Virus record (IMG/VR): IMGVR_UViG_3300045988_046576
Location: 1-30,953 of that record
Strand: one strand, 5' to 3'
Origin: a virus
DNA length: 30,953 nucleotides
Position 1 is the stretch's first letter. Every line of letters starts with the position of its first letter. Below are positions 7,489 through 19,052 of the stretch, piece by piece. Both the position numbers and the translations under genes were made by a program. A model generated the notes under the pieces. That model was not told the origin of the DNA and searched no databases. It worked only from the letters and a program-made list of their open reading frames with translations.

Positions 7489-8273
7489 ATGATAAAATCT
7501 TGGAAAGAAATGGATTTAAGTCATTATAAGAAACTGACTGAATTAAAAAGTAAAGAATGGGAAAATGACTTAGAAATGAATATAGCTATGATAGCTATGC
7601 TATCTGATCAATCTGAAGAGGATATAATGAATTTAGAGATTAAAGAGCTTCAGGAAAGAATAGACGCACTTGGCTTCTTAATTAATCCTTATAAACCTTC
7701 TACTCCTGAAAAAAGCTATTTAATTGGAGATAGAGAGTATCAAGTATTTTTTAATGTAAATAAAATGACAGCAAGTCAATATATCGACTTTCAAAATTTC
7801 TTTAAAGAGTATGATAATTATATGCCAAATTTAGCTGCTTGTTTCTTGCTTCCTAAAGGTAAGAAATATGGAGAAGATTATGATCCTTTAGAAGAAGCAG
7901 AATACTTAAATAAACATCTTACTGTTGACATATTTTCAGACATTATGTTTTTTTTTGTAAAGTTATCGCAGCTCTCAACAATGAATTCCCTGTACTCTTT
8001 GGAAAAAGAGATGAAGAAGAGCCTGAAGAAAACAAAGAACAAAGTAGAGAGAATAAGGATTCTAAGAACTTTGATTCAGACGAGACGGTTAATACTTTTA
8101 CTCAAAAGTGGAATTGAATTATCTGAATAGATAAAGTCAGTGAAACTACTCGATTAAATTGGCATCAAGTATATGATATGAATGTTAAAGAGTTCTTGAA
8201 CTTAATATGCTATATAATAGATAAGGGTAATGAGGAAAAACGACAAATAGAAGAATGAAAGAGACGTCATTAA
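7489..8273 (+). CDS. hypothetical protein requiring a -1 frameshift at a T9 run (about 261 aa); possible chaperone-type G/GT gene
   Basis: The initiation frame (frame 1, ATG 7489) runs to T9 (7948-7956). The -1 frame (frame 0) then encodes a plausible acidic linker plus ...TFTQKWNWIIWIDKVSETTRLNWHQVYDMNVKEFLNLICYIIDKGNEEKRQIEEWKRRH up to TAA 8271-8273. That frame has no start codon of its own. Confidence 0.55.
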
Positions 8274-8284
8274 AATTTTAAAGT

Positions 8285-8327
8285 TTTTATTTTTCTTATA
8301 CCTAAAAGTTACAAAAAAACTTGACAT
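8285..8327 (+). promoter_or_regulatory. conserved 43-nt bipartite motif, copy B
   Basis: TTTTATTTTTCTTA-N9-GTTACAAAAAAACTTGACAT, 38 nt upstream of the ATG at 8366, which is the first gene of the tail block. Confidence 0.6.
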
Positions 8328-8365
8328 TTAATATCCAAAAATTTTCACAAATATATTTTAGAAAA

Positions 8366-8854
8366 ATGGTAGAACAAGAATTAAAATTTCCAAATTTAGA
8401 GGCACTATTAGAGAAATATGGAGATGTTATTATATCTTTATATAGACAGCAATTATTACAGTCAAATACTGATGCAACTGGTGCTTTAGGAAACAACCTT
8501 AATTATATAGTTGAAACACAAGATGGAGACTATGAATTAAGTCTAGACTTACTAGACTACTGGAAATATGTGGAGGATGGAAGAGCAGCTGGCAAATATC
8601 CTCCACTAAATTCCATTAGATCCTGGATTAGATCAAAGCGTATTGTTCCTCGAATGTATAATGGTAAATTACCTACACAAGAGCAATTAGCCTATTTAAT
8701 AGCTAGAAAGATACATTTACAAGGTACAAGAGGAAAACACTTACTTTCTAACGCTTTAGACATTATGGAGAACAATTATATGCAAATCATAGAAGAAAGT
8801 GTTACAAAAGATTTGCAATCACAAGTAGATAATTATGTATTTAAAAATTTTTAA
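8366..8854 (+). CDS. putative head-tail joining / tail completion protein (HK97 gp10-like), 162 aa
   Basis: ...TDATGALGNNLNYIVE...YWKYVEDGRAAG... resembles the HK97 gp10 family pattern (dTG.L..s........Ya.yvE.G). The start is moved to ATG 8366 because the track's TTG start lies inside motif B. Confidence 0.35.
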   Translation: MVEQELKFPNLEALLEKYGDVIISLYRQQLLQSNTDATGALGNNLNYIVETQDGDYELSLDLLDYWKYVEDGRAAGKYPPLNSIRSWIRSKRIVPRMYNGKLPTQEQLAYLIARKIHLQGTRGKHLLSNALDIMENNYMQIIEESVTKDLQSQVDNYVFKNF

Positions 8855-8857
8855 AAT

Positions 8858-11044
8858 ATGGCAGAATTAACACCTTCAAAGTTAGGAATTAACTCTACAG
8901 GTACTTTTAAGGTTTATTATAGTGCTGGCCAAATGGCAACTAATGGTACTTATGATAACCTTTATTTATATCCTGAAGTTGCAGGTTTAAGTGGAACTAT
9001 TACAAATCAAACGACTTCTGGCTGTACTATTAATATTACTAATACAGCAGCTATTACTAAAGATCAGAATGTTACTTGTTCATTCTCAGTAAATAATAAC
9101 GTTACAAGACCTGTAGTTGTAATTTTCCCAATAAGACTGCATAAAGATGCAGAAGGATTTTATCCAGATACAAGAACAATAACTGTACCAAATACTGGAG
9201 GAAGTTATACAGTAACTTTACAAACTAAATACGCAAATATTAAAAAATGAGATGTATCTGTTACAAGAGCAGACGCATTAGCAACAGTTACAGTATTAGA
9301 TTTTGATTCATCTTATGTTAAATTTAAAATAGATGTTTCTGAAAATACGGAATGAACAGAAGATTTAACTGAAAGTATTGGTATAGTTGGCACTAATACT
9401 AGTAATGGACAAATTAATTGAACATACTGGTTTACAATTGCTAAATCAGATACACCTTCGGATTTAAATTTAATAGTTACTCCAGCTTCTGCAAATTATG
9501 ATGCTGCAACAATAGTTACAAATAAATTCTATTTAACTACTACAAAAACTGAAGAGACCATTTCATCATTTAATGTTGTATGTAGTCAAGCAAGTAATAT
9601 ATTAAATAATACTGAAGATAATTCTTTTATCTTAACTTTACCTGAAAACGATACAGTAAATGATTTATCATTTGATGCATCAGTAACTGCACAAACATCT
9701 GGAGGATATACAATTAAAGCAACAGTACCTATTACCCAAAGTAAAACCTACTTGACTTTACCTACTACAAATTATGATATAAGTTATTCTCAAAGCACAT
9801 TAACTATTAATGGATTAAGTTCAAATAATATTAGTGCTAGTGATGTAGTATTTGCAATTCCAGAAGATGCACAAGCTTGAATAAGCTCTCCTAAATTTAC
9901 ATATAATAATGGAAATGCAATAATTACTTTTAATGTTACTGAAAATACTAGTTTATCAAGAAGAAATACTACAATCGGTATATCTGTAGTTAAAGATAGT
10001 AGTAGTATTATTAATTTATCTATAAATGTAAATCAAGCTGTTAAATCGGATATAGCTCCAATTTGGAAAGATTATATTTGGGCTGAGGAAACCTTAGATG
10101 ACTTTATAGAGTATCATTTAGATGATGGAGGAACTACTATTTATGCTGGTAAAGCATATAAGTATCCAGATGCGGATAGAGTAGAATTCTTATTAAATAG
10201 TGTAACTGAGAATTATTTATCTAATGGAATATCATTCCCAACTACATTAAGTACAAGTGTTATGCCTAATTACTTGAAAGACTTCACTTTAGTAACCTCA
10301 ACTGGAAATGAGAAGCCAATTATATTCTTTAATGACTGGTCTTATAAAGATACAGATTTAACAAGTGGATACTTCTTGAGTGATCCAATTACTGGCTTAA
10401 TTGATCCAAGACAATATGTAATGGCAAGTTGACTATTACCTACTGGAGAAGGCTTAGTTAGTAGATTCTATTATAAAGACGGAATTCAAACTGCAGCGGA
10501 TGTTACTTTAAAGAGTGATATTAATGGCTATACATTTGTTGAGAATATAACTAATCTACAATTAGGTTGTGGAGATTATATAGTTATAGCATTTGTAGTT
10601 TCTGGAACTATTAGCCAAAAGCAAATTAAATATACAATAGATAATACTGGAAAGGATTATGTTCTGTATTATGTAAATGCAGCTGGAGGATGGGATTCAT
10701 TGTTAATTGAAGGTAATGTTAAAAAGACTGATGAATTTGAATCTGAGAGCTATATAAAAAGAGTATTGAGGCCCTCAACAGAGTTTGCAAGAAATAAATA
10801 CCTGAATACTATTACTTCCAGTTGGACTTTATATACAGGTTATTTAAATGATGAACAAGCATCTAAAATGCATAATCTGTTAGAATCTACTCAAGTATAT
10901 TTACATAACCTTAAAGATAATACAATTACTCCAGTACTGATTACAGATACAAGTTGTGAGTATAAGACTTATACAAATCAAGGTAAGAATAAGTTCTATT
11001 ACACAATTAATGTAGAATCATCACAAGACAATTATAGAAAATAA
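8858..11044 (+). CDS. large virion protein with BACON-like repeats (728 aa)
   Basis: Track ORFs 8858..9250 and 10700..11044 share a frame. The 1.45-kb gap between them has 5 TGAs and no TAA/TAG when translated by hand. BACON-like units include ...AQAWISSPKFTYNNGNAIITFNVTENTSLSRRNTTIGISVV...INVNQA. Confidence 0.7.
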
Positions 11045-11046
11045 TT

Positions 11047-11526
11047 ATGGAAGTATATAAAGACATTAAAGGATATGAGGGACTTTACCAGATAAGTAAT
11101 ACTGGTAAAGTCTTCTCTATAAAAAACAATAAAGAACTGAAGAGTGGATATACTCCAGCTGGATATACAAAAGTTCAATTGTGAAAGAATAAGTCTGGCA
11201 AGTGATTCAATATTCATAGATTAGTTGCAGAAGCGTTTATTCCAAACGTAGAAAACTTACCACAAGTAAATCATATAAATGAGATAAAGGAGGATAATAG
11301 GGTTGATAATTTAGAATGATGTACAGCTCAATATAATGTTACTTATGGAAATAGATTAAATAATAATAAAAAACCTGTAATACAGGAAAGCTTAGATGGC
11401 ACTTTTATAAAGAGATGAAATTCAATTGCTGATACTAAAAAATATGGGTTTGTTCCCCAAAATATAGTACAGTGTTGTATTGGTAATATTTCACAACATA
11501 AAGGATATATTTGAAAATATGCGTAA
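11047..11526 (+). CDS. HNH homing endonuclease (159 aa)
   Basis: [24 protein letters not shown]... (NUMOD4-like) is followed by [37 protein letters not shown] and a tail ending GYIWKYA. All 5 Trp codons are TGA. It overlaps the next gene by 8 nt. Confidence 0.8.
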
Positions 11527-14500
11527 AAATATTAAATTATTTATTGCAGGAAAAGAAGTACATTGTTCTGAAGGTATATCATTACCAATGACTTATACTG
11601 TAGAAGATTTTCAGAATCCAACAATAGTAAAAAATTCATTCAGTAAGACTATAAGCATTCCAGGAGACAAAAATAACAACAAAATATTTGGAGAAATTTA
11701 TAAATTGGATAGATTGCTTCATATTAAAGACGGTAATATATCTGGAATTTACTTCGATCCCTCTAAACGAGTAGATTTCCAAATTTATAACAATAGCTAT
11801 TTAGTTGAATCTGGATATATGCAATTAAATAGTATATCTATAAATAAAGCTGTAATTACCTATAATATTACTTTATATGGAGGTTTAGGCGATTTCTTTT
11901 ACGGTCTTAAATATAAAGAAGACGGAGAAATTAGAACTCTTGCTGATTTACAGTACTTTGTTACTGATGGAGATGGAAACTTATTACCAGAAGATGAAGA
12001 GATGAATTTCACAATTAACAAGGACTTTGTAGATAAATGTTTTAGTTATCCTAATGTAAATAACAACACAAACACTATTTACGACTTTGTTACTTTTACT
12101 CCATCTTATAATGGCTTATATGAGAATTTTGATAACGAGACTTGTTTAATTAATACTAACGGAACAAGTTTATTCCCAACAAGCGCTTCAGATTCTGGCA
12201 ATACATATACTCCTTATAATGGCTATGCTTTAGCATCTTTAAATAAAGCATATACAGAATGGGAAATGAGAGATTTAAGAAGTTATATGCAAAGACCTGC
12301 AATTAAGCTTTCTAAACTTATAGAGACTATTTGCAGAAAAGAGAACTCTGGATACGATGTAATCTTTGATGATTCGTTCTTTAATAGTTCTAATCCTTAT
12401 TGGGATAAGACTTATGTAGCTCTTCCTTTACTTGGGTCAAATTCTGATGAAGGAGAAGAGTCTATTACAGAGAATGCTCAATTACAGAAATATAATGATA
12501 AATTCTGGTGCGGATTACAACCTGGAGGAAGTACTACTTCAGTAAATACTGGTATTTTTACAGTAGCTGGAAGTACAGCCATAGTTCCAGGTGAAAACGG
12601 AGTGATTAATTTAAGTGGAATTCCTGCAAGTGCATTAACTGATATAGATCTTCCAGTACAGCTTGTATTTAATGCAAATACCTCAACTTCTGTAAATGAT
12701 CTGTATTTAAGCTATGTTTTAAATGGTAAGTTGGGAAGTGCTGAATATAGAAACCATCCTTATAGAACATCTGTAACATTACAGTTACTTGTTTATAATG
12801 CAGATGAAAGTCCAATTGGAAGAAAGCCTATAGCATATTCATCATTATATAACTTTACAAACTCTATACAAGGTCAAAGTCCTGCAGGCCCAAATACTTG
12901 GTTTAATTATTATCCTTTAACTGATGCAAAGGTAGAGACTATATTGGGTAACTTTAAAAAGTATCAAGATAAGTTATATACGTTTAATGCAGATAATGGA
13001 AGTAATATTTTCCATTTAACTGTCACAGACATTCCAAAAGTAGACAATATATCTATTTATTTACAAGTAGCCAGAAGAACAGAGAGTCTTTATAATCAAG
13101 ATGTAATGTGGAGTTCTAATAATATGAAACCTGGAACTACTGGAGATTATGCAGTAGCTGGATGGTCTGAAGTATTATTTGATGAGGAAAATTATTCATT
13201 AACAGCTTCTTGGGCATCCTCTGTAGCTTCAGAAACTATTATAACTAAATCTACATTACTTAGAACAGAAAACTCTCCAGCAGACTTCTTATTAAGTTAC
13301 GCAAAACTATTTGGTTTATACTTTAGTAAGGATATAGATTCAAAGACAATTAGAATATATACCAGAAATAACTTCTTTAAAGATAAAATTAATGATTGGT
13401 CTGATAGAATAGATTATTCTAAAGATATAACAGTAAATCCTTTGTTATTTGATAAGAAATGGTATACAATGGCTTTAGAGACTCCAGAAACATATTATGC
13501 TAATAAATACGATAAACAGTATGATATAACTTATGGACAGCAAAGACTTGATACTGGATATAACTTTAACTCGGATAATACTGATTTATATTCAGATAAC
13601 ATTTATGAAAACATTGTATCTGCAAGAGATGTAGATAAATACTTTAGAAACTTCTATAATTCAAATAACGTATCTGTTCCTGCATTTATGAATGACAACA
13701 TTACGTATAGCTTATATAGAACTGTAAGTAATGAAAGAACATCATACGATCAAGATTTATATGGAGCTAACTTTATAGATGTATCTAAAACAGTAGAATG
13801 GTGAAATGTTCCAGGTAATGACATATTTGCCAAAAACTGCTTCTATTCATTAGATAATGCTGAACAGAGCCTTGAAGAGATTAAGTCTGCTTTAGTTATG
13901 TATAATGGAGATGTAGATATGAGTGATATGAATGGTAATCCAATTGAATACTGAATTACAGATGATATATCAGAAATGGCTTTATTAAATGATGGTGAAA
14001 ACTGCTTCTTATATACAACGAGTGAAACAGACAGTTCTGGTAAAAAGATAGCTATTAAAAGAACTACTTTACCTCAGTTTGTAAGATACGTAGATTCAAG
14101 TAATTATGTAACTGCTTCATTAGATTTTGGACTTCCAAGAGAGATATATGTAGATAAGATTAAATACGATGAAGATAGTACTATTTACTACCAATTCTGG
14201 AGAGCATTCTATAATGATCAATTTGATGTAAATACCAAAAAAGTTACTTGCTATGTAAAGATGAATGATTTGGATATCAAGTATGATTTATTAAGAGAAT
14301 TCTATTATTTTGATTCTGCTTATTGAATTCTTAATAAAATAGATTCTTACGACATTAATTCAGATGCAACTACAAGATGTGAGTTTATAAAGGTGCAAAA
14401 TGTAACTAACTACTTATATGGAATTCCAGAATTAGGTGATTATATTATACCAACTCCAAATAATATAGAGGTTCCTTATACAGCAGGTACTACAACTATT

Positions 14501-14971
14501 CAGGTATCATCTAATATTCCTTGGGAAGTTGGATATTATAATAATACAAAGATAACTGGAATAACACCTACAAGTGGAGATAAAGGAGTTACTAATGTAA
14601 ACATATCATATAATGAGAATGAAGGCTATGATTCTTATTATTTCTATGCTAGATTCCAAAGACCTGGAGATACAACTGGATCAGGACCTGCTTGGTATTG
14701 TACACAACTTCCAGATCCTTCTAAACCAGTTAATCTATCAGGTACTGTTAAATTAAGCAATGGAACAATTCCAGATTATAGTTTCCATATATGTGCATCT
14801 AATAGTAACTTTACTAACTGTATATATGCAACAGATTCTACTGGATATTATTCATTATATGTTCAAAAAGGCGTTCAATTTAACTTTGATGTTCAAGGTG
14901 AAGGTGGAGCCACAATATATAATGAAGATTTAACTTTAAACGAAGATACTATTAAAAACATTACTATTTAA
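11519..14971 (+). CDS. very large tail/baseplate structural protein (1150 aa) with C-terminal CarboxypepD_reg-like domain
   Basis: Track ORFs 11480, 13976 and 14393 are all in one frame and are joined by 3 TGAs with no TAA/TAG between them. The C-terminus SGTVKLSNGTIPDYSFHICAS...ATDSTGYYSLYVQKGVQFNFDVQGEG resembles carboxypeptidase-regulatory-like beta-sandwiches. Start is ATG 11519. Confidence 0.7.
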
Positions 14972-14973
14972 TT

Positions 14974-17745
14974 ATGGCAGAAGAAATTAAACGAGTCATT
15001 AGTATTGATACTAAATCTAGTAATAAATCAATTAATTCATTAAAAAAAGAGGTAGATGAATTATCTGCCTCTTTAAATGAATTAGAGATAGGTACTAAAG
15101 AGTATAACGATACTCTTGCTTTACTAGGTAAAAAGCAGTCTGAACTTACTACTATAAATGATAAGATAGCACAATCTTCGAGAACGACTGCACAGAGATT
15201 TGAGAGTATAGCAAAAATATCTGCAGGCTTAGCTTCTGGTTATGGAGCTGTCACTTCAGCCATTACTTTATTTGGAAATGAATCAGAGGATTTAAATAAA
15301 GTAATGATTAAACTACAGTCTACTATAGCATTAGTGCAGGGAGTTGGCGGTTTAAAAGATTTACTTGAAGAATTGCCAGTATTAGGAGATTGATTTAAAA
15401 AGCTGGTAGGTTTTATAAATCCTTTTAATACAAGCCTAGATACAGCAGCTAAAAATCTTAATAATATAGATATTGGTAAGTTACAGGGAGTTAATAATCA
15501 AGTAAGTAACATAGGTACAGAAATTGGGGATTTATCTACAGCTATAAACAAGTTAAGCAGTAGTCCTTCTGTTAAAGGTACTGGAGGAGTATTAAGTAAT
15601 GTAATAGGGGAACCTGAAATTATAACTAACCAAGCTAAGGCTGTTAATGTTAGTGCTGCCGCATTTAGTCAATGAAGTGATACTGCACAGAACGCCATTA
15701 AGAAAACCAGACCTGAATTAATTAAAATTAACAATTTACTACAGGCAGCTGCACAGGAGACTGGAACTAATCTAGAACGTTTGCAAAAAGCAGCAAAAAA
15801 ATTAAACATAGATCTTAGTAAATTAGCATATCCTTTAGAGACAGAGGTAATTCCTACTTTAAAAGAAGGAGCAGAAGCACAAAGAAAAATGGCTGAAGCT
15901 ACAAATGCAGCTAGTGTAGCTACTACTAGATTTGGAAAGGCTATAAAAACAGTAGGTATGATTTCTTTGTGGACAGCTATTGCTACTGCTATAGGTATTG
16001 CTATTAGTAAATTAATAGAATATATAAGTTCTATTAAATCTACTAAAAAAGAACAAGAAGAGTTACGTAAAGCTATAGAAGCCTCAACTAACCAAATAGC
16101 GTCTAAATCTATAGGTGTATTTAAAGAACTACAAATAGCATATGAAAGAGTTGGAGATTCAGCTGATGCTAAACAAGAGTTCCTTAATAAATATGCAGAT
16201 AAGATTAAAGAGACTGGCTTAAATATTAACACTGTAGCTCAAGCAGAAGACGCATTTATTAATAATACTGGAAATTATGTAGCTGCTTTAACAGCAAGAG
16301 CTAAAGCTCAGGCTATAGAGGAGCAAGCAATCAAAATCTACGAAGAGTATTTAAATAAACGTTCTGAGCTTGAAAATAAGATAGAAGATACTAATTTTGG
16401 AGAAGCGTCTGCTTGGCAAGCATTTAAAGCCACCGCAATGTTTTGGAAGGACTATCAAGGTCAGATATACGAATATACTAAACAAAACAAAGAAAACACT
16501 TATAATGAGCTTTCAGACTTAAATAGAGAAATAGAAGAAAGACTTAGAAAGATGTTTGAAGATGTGGCTGAGCTTAATAAGAAATACGGAGGATTTTTTG
16601 ACATAGAAGTCATTAAAAATAACACTACACAGGCTAAAGAAGAAATAAATGAGTTTGATGTATGGTTACAGAATAGACTAAATGCTAAAAATCCCGTAGA
16701 CGAGCTTGAAGACGAATATATTAGACTATTAGCACTAGCTATTAAAAATAACAGAAGTCTTGAAGAAGTTGAGGCTTGGCATCAAGAAGAGCTGAAGAAA
16801 ATTAGAGATAAGGCTAGAGAAGATGAAGAAAATGCAAGAAAAAGTGCTGCAGATAAAGCTTGGAATGATTTCCAGGCTGAGTTAAAAAGAATCAGAGATT
16901 TATCCTCAACAAGTAATCTTAGAGAGCCAGTAGAACAGACATTCCAAACTACTTATACTCAAGGAGCATCTAAGGCATTCGGTTTGGCGGGAGACTATAA
17001 TGGAACAGGTTATAAGTTTACTTACCAAAGCAGAGATGATTTAAATAATCAATATAATGCTCAAATTGAGTATAATAATGAACTGTTAAGACTGACTAGA
17101 GAGCGTATTTTACAAGAGAATGAATTATTAAATGAGCAACTTTCTAACGAGCAATTATCTGCAGATAGAAGGCTTGAAATAGAGCGAATTCTTGATGAGA
17201 ATAAGAGAGCTTTGTCTGATGCTGAAATTAAGAACGAACAAGCTAATACTCAGGCTTATCAACATTTACAACAAGCAAGACAGCAGGCTTTACAAGGTAC
17301 TTTATCGGTAGCATCTAGTGTTGCAGGAAGTATGGCAACTATATGAGGAGAGGAAAGTAAAGTAGGTAAAGGATTTGCAACAGCTCAAGCTTTAATTGAT
17401 ACCTATAGTGCAGCTAACAGTGCTTATTCTGCAATGGCAGGTATTCCAATCGTTGGTCCAGCTTTAGGTGCAGCAGCAGCAGCTGCAGCAATAATTGCGG
17501 GTATAGCTAATGTTAAAAAGATCTGGGAAGTGAACGAAACTAGTGGTGCATCTGCTTCAGGAGCATCAGCATCAGTATCTGCTCCAGCTAATTTAAATAC
17601 TCCTCCAGTTGAATATACTCGGAACTTACTTGGAGATAAAGAAACAGACCAACTTAACAATCCAATTAAATGTTATGTTGTTGAATCTGACATTACAAAT
17701 GCACAGACTAAAGTGGCAGTTACTGAGTCTAATGCAAGTTTCTAA
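14974..17745 (+). CDS. tape-measure-like protein (923 aa)
   Basis: Track ORFs 14974, 15781 and 17434 are in one frame, joined by 3 TGAs. The protein has long coiled-coil / Q-, E-, K-rich stretches and hydrophobic segments (ISLWTAIATAIGIAI; GIPIVGPALGAAAAAAAIIAGIANV) typical of tape measure proteins. Confidence 0.6.
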
Positions 17746-17766
17746 AGTGAGTAAATTATTGACAGC

Positions 17767-17806
17767 CTACTATGTAAGTTACTGTAAATCAGTGCTTATA
17801 TAGTAG
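17767..17806 (+). terminator. long imperfect hairpin after the tape-measure gene (terminator-like)
   Basis: CTACTATGTAAGTTACTG / CAGTGCTTATATAGTAG forms about 17 pairs (2 G-U, 1 bulge) with loop TAAAT. A T-rich stretch follows about 10 nt downstream, just before motif C. Confidence 0.4.
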
Positions 17807-17819
17807 TGCAATGTCAAAA

Positions 17820-17862
17820 TTTTATTTATCTTAGATACCTGTGTGAGTAAAAAACTTGACAT
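17820..17862 (+). promoter_or_regulatory. conserved 43-nt bipartite motif, copy C
   Basis: TTTTATTTATCTTA-N9-GTGAGTAAAAAACTTGACAT, 79 nt upstream of the GIY-YIG gene and head block. Confidence 0.6.
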
Positions 17863-17941
17863 TTATATTCTATATAAATATATTTTATTAAAAGATTGTA
17901 AAAATATTACATTTTTCTAACTAACTATATATTAATAAAAA

Positions 17942-18475
17942 ATGGAAAATATGTATAAAATTTATATGCACAAAAGTCCATCTGGTAATATTTATATTGG
18001 ACAGACTAAAACCTCAACTAATAGAAGATGACAAAATGGCAATGGATATAAAAGTTGCTATGTTTTTAATAGAGCTATACATAAATATGGTTGGGATAAT
18101 TTTGAGCATAAAATATTATATAAAGGTTTATCTCAAATAGAAGCAAATATGATTGAGGAAGATCTTATTTATTATTATAAAAGTATTGGGAAATCGTATA
18201 ATATTAAAGATGGGACTACCTTATCAGTAGATATGTGCAACAAGATTTCCAAAACATCAAAAGGAAAACATCGCTCTCCTAATACAGAATTTAAGAAAGG
18301 GCATTCTTTAAACAGTAAAACGGTAGAACAATATACTTTAGATGGGCACCTTATTAAGGTCTGGAATTCTGCAAGTGAAGCTAGTAGACAATGTAATATT
18401 TGTAGGAGTGGAATTTGTAGAGCTTGTAGAGGTATTACACAAACTTATAAAAACTATATGTGAAAATATGCTTAA
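17942..18475 (+). CDS. GIY-YIG homing endonuclease (177 aa)
   Basis: KIYMHKSPSGNIYIGQT...RRWQNG..GYK...AIHKYGWDNFEH...YNIKDG. The tail has an IENR1-like motif ending YMWKYA. It has 2 in-frame TGAs and overlaps the next gene by 8 nt. Confidence 0.85.
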
Positions 18476-19049
18476 TTTACCTATATTTTATTGTGAAATA
18501 ATAGATTCTGATGAGGGATTAAAAGCTATTTCGTTTGTAGAACATCCTGCTAATGAATCTGATTTTATATGTTTTAGTGAACAAGAAGAACTAAAATTTG
18601 AAATTCAAGATGAAGAGCAGAAAATTGTATCTGGAGTTATAATGCAACCAGATAAACCTATTTACAGACGAGATCCTGATGGCAGAGAATATTATGTAGT
18701 CTTTAGTAAAGACACAATATTTAAAATGGCAGAAAAATTCTTTAGAGATAGTATGCAAAACAATATCACTGCAGATCATAATCGCTTTGTTGATGGAATT
18801 AATTTAGTTGAGATGTTTATAAAGGATTCTTCTAAAGGTATAATTCCAAATTACGTTGATTGTCCCGATGGGACCCTTATGGGAACGTACAAAGTAAATA
18901 ATGAAGAAATATGGCAATCTATCAAAAAAGGATCATTCAAAGGTTTTTCTATCGAGGGTTTATTTACTCTCGAAAGAAAAACTGATGAATATACAGAACT
19001 TAAAGAGATACAAAGAATGTTGAAGAAGATAAAACGAATTAAAAAGTAA
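18468..19049 (+). CDS. XkdF-like putative prohead serine protease (193 aa)
   Basis: ...KIVSGVIMQPDKPIYRRD...FSKDTIFKMAEKFFRD...ADHNRFVDGINLVEMFI...EEIWQSIKKGSFKGFSIEG matches the XkdF family pattern by eye. It sits upstream of the scaffold and capsid genes. Confidence 0.5.
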   Translation: MLNLPIFYCEIIDSDEGLKAISFVEHPANESDFICFSEQEELKFEIQDEEQKIVSGVIMQPDKPIYRRDPDGREYYVVFSKDTIFKMAEKFFRDSMQNNITADHNRFVDGINLVEMFIKDSSKGIIPNYVDCPDGTLMGTYKVNNEEIWQSIKKGSFKGFSIEGLFTLERKTDEYTELKEIQRMLKKIKRIKK

Positions 19050-19052
19050 ACT

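Noticed and set aside
7957-8130. The zero-frame continuation of ORF 7489..8130 (VKLSQLSTMNSLYSLEKEMKKSLKKTKNKVERIRILRTLIQTRRLILLLKSGIELSE) could be the real C-terminus.
   Set aside because: It is basic and low-complexity, like an out-of-frame reading of the acidic/Lys-rich -1 frame. The -1 frame gives a much more protein-like sequence that ends precisely before motif B. It is kept as a possible short product only if the shift is programmed.
8321-8326. The TTGACA in the 43-nt motif could be an ordinary sigma-70 -35 box.
   Set aside because: No conserved -10 hexamer lies 16-18 nt downstream in the four copies; only copy C has a TATATT-like hexamer. Conservation instead extends about 35 nt upstream with fixed spacing. 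The clearly host-like promoters in this window are of the TTTG/TAnnTTTG type instead.
15669-16232. A 187-aa minus-strand ORF lies here, together with similar minus-strand ORFs at 6061-6270, 8302-8496, 11032-11217 and 17424-17660. A + strand out-of-frame ORF at 17609-17803 partly overlaps the TMP 3' end.
   Set aside because: Nearly all of each lies inside strongly supported + strand genes (TMP, terS/terL, adaptor, HNH). They have shadow-frame composition (Leu/Ser/Ile/Ala-rich) and no independent start context.
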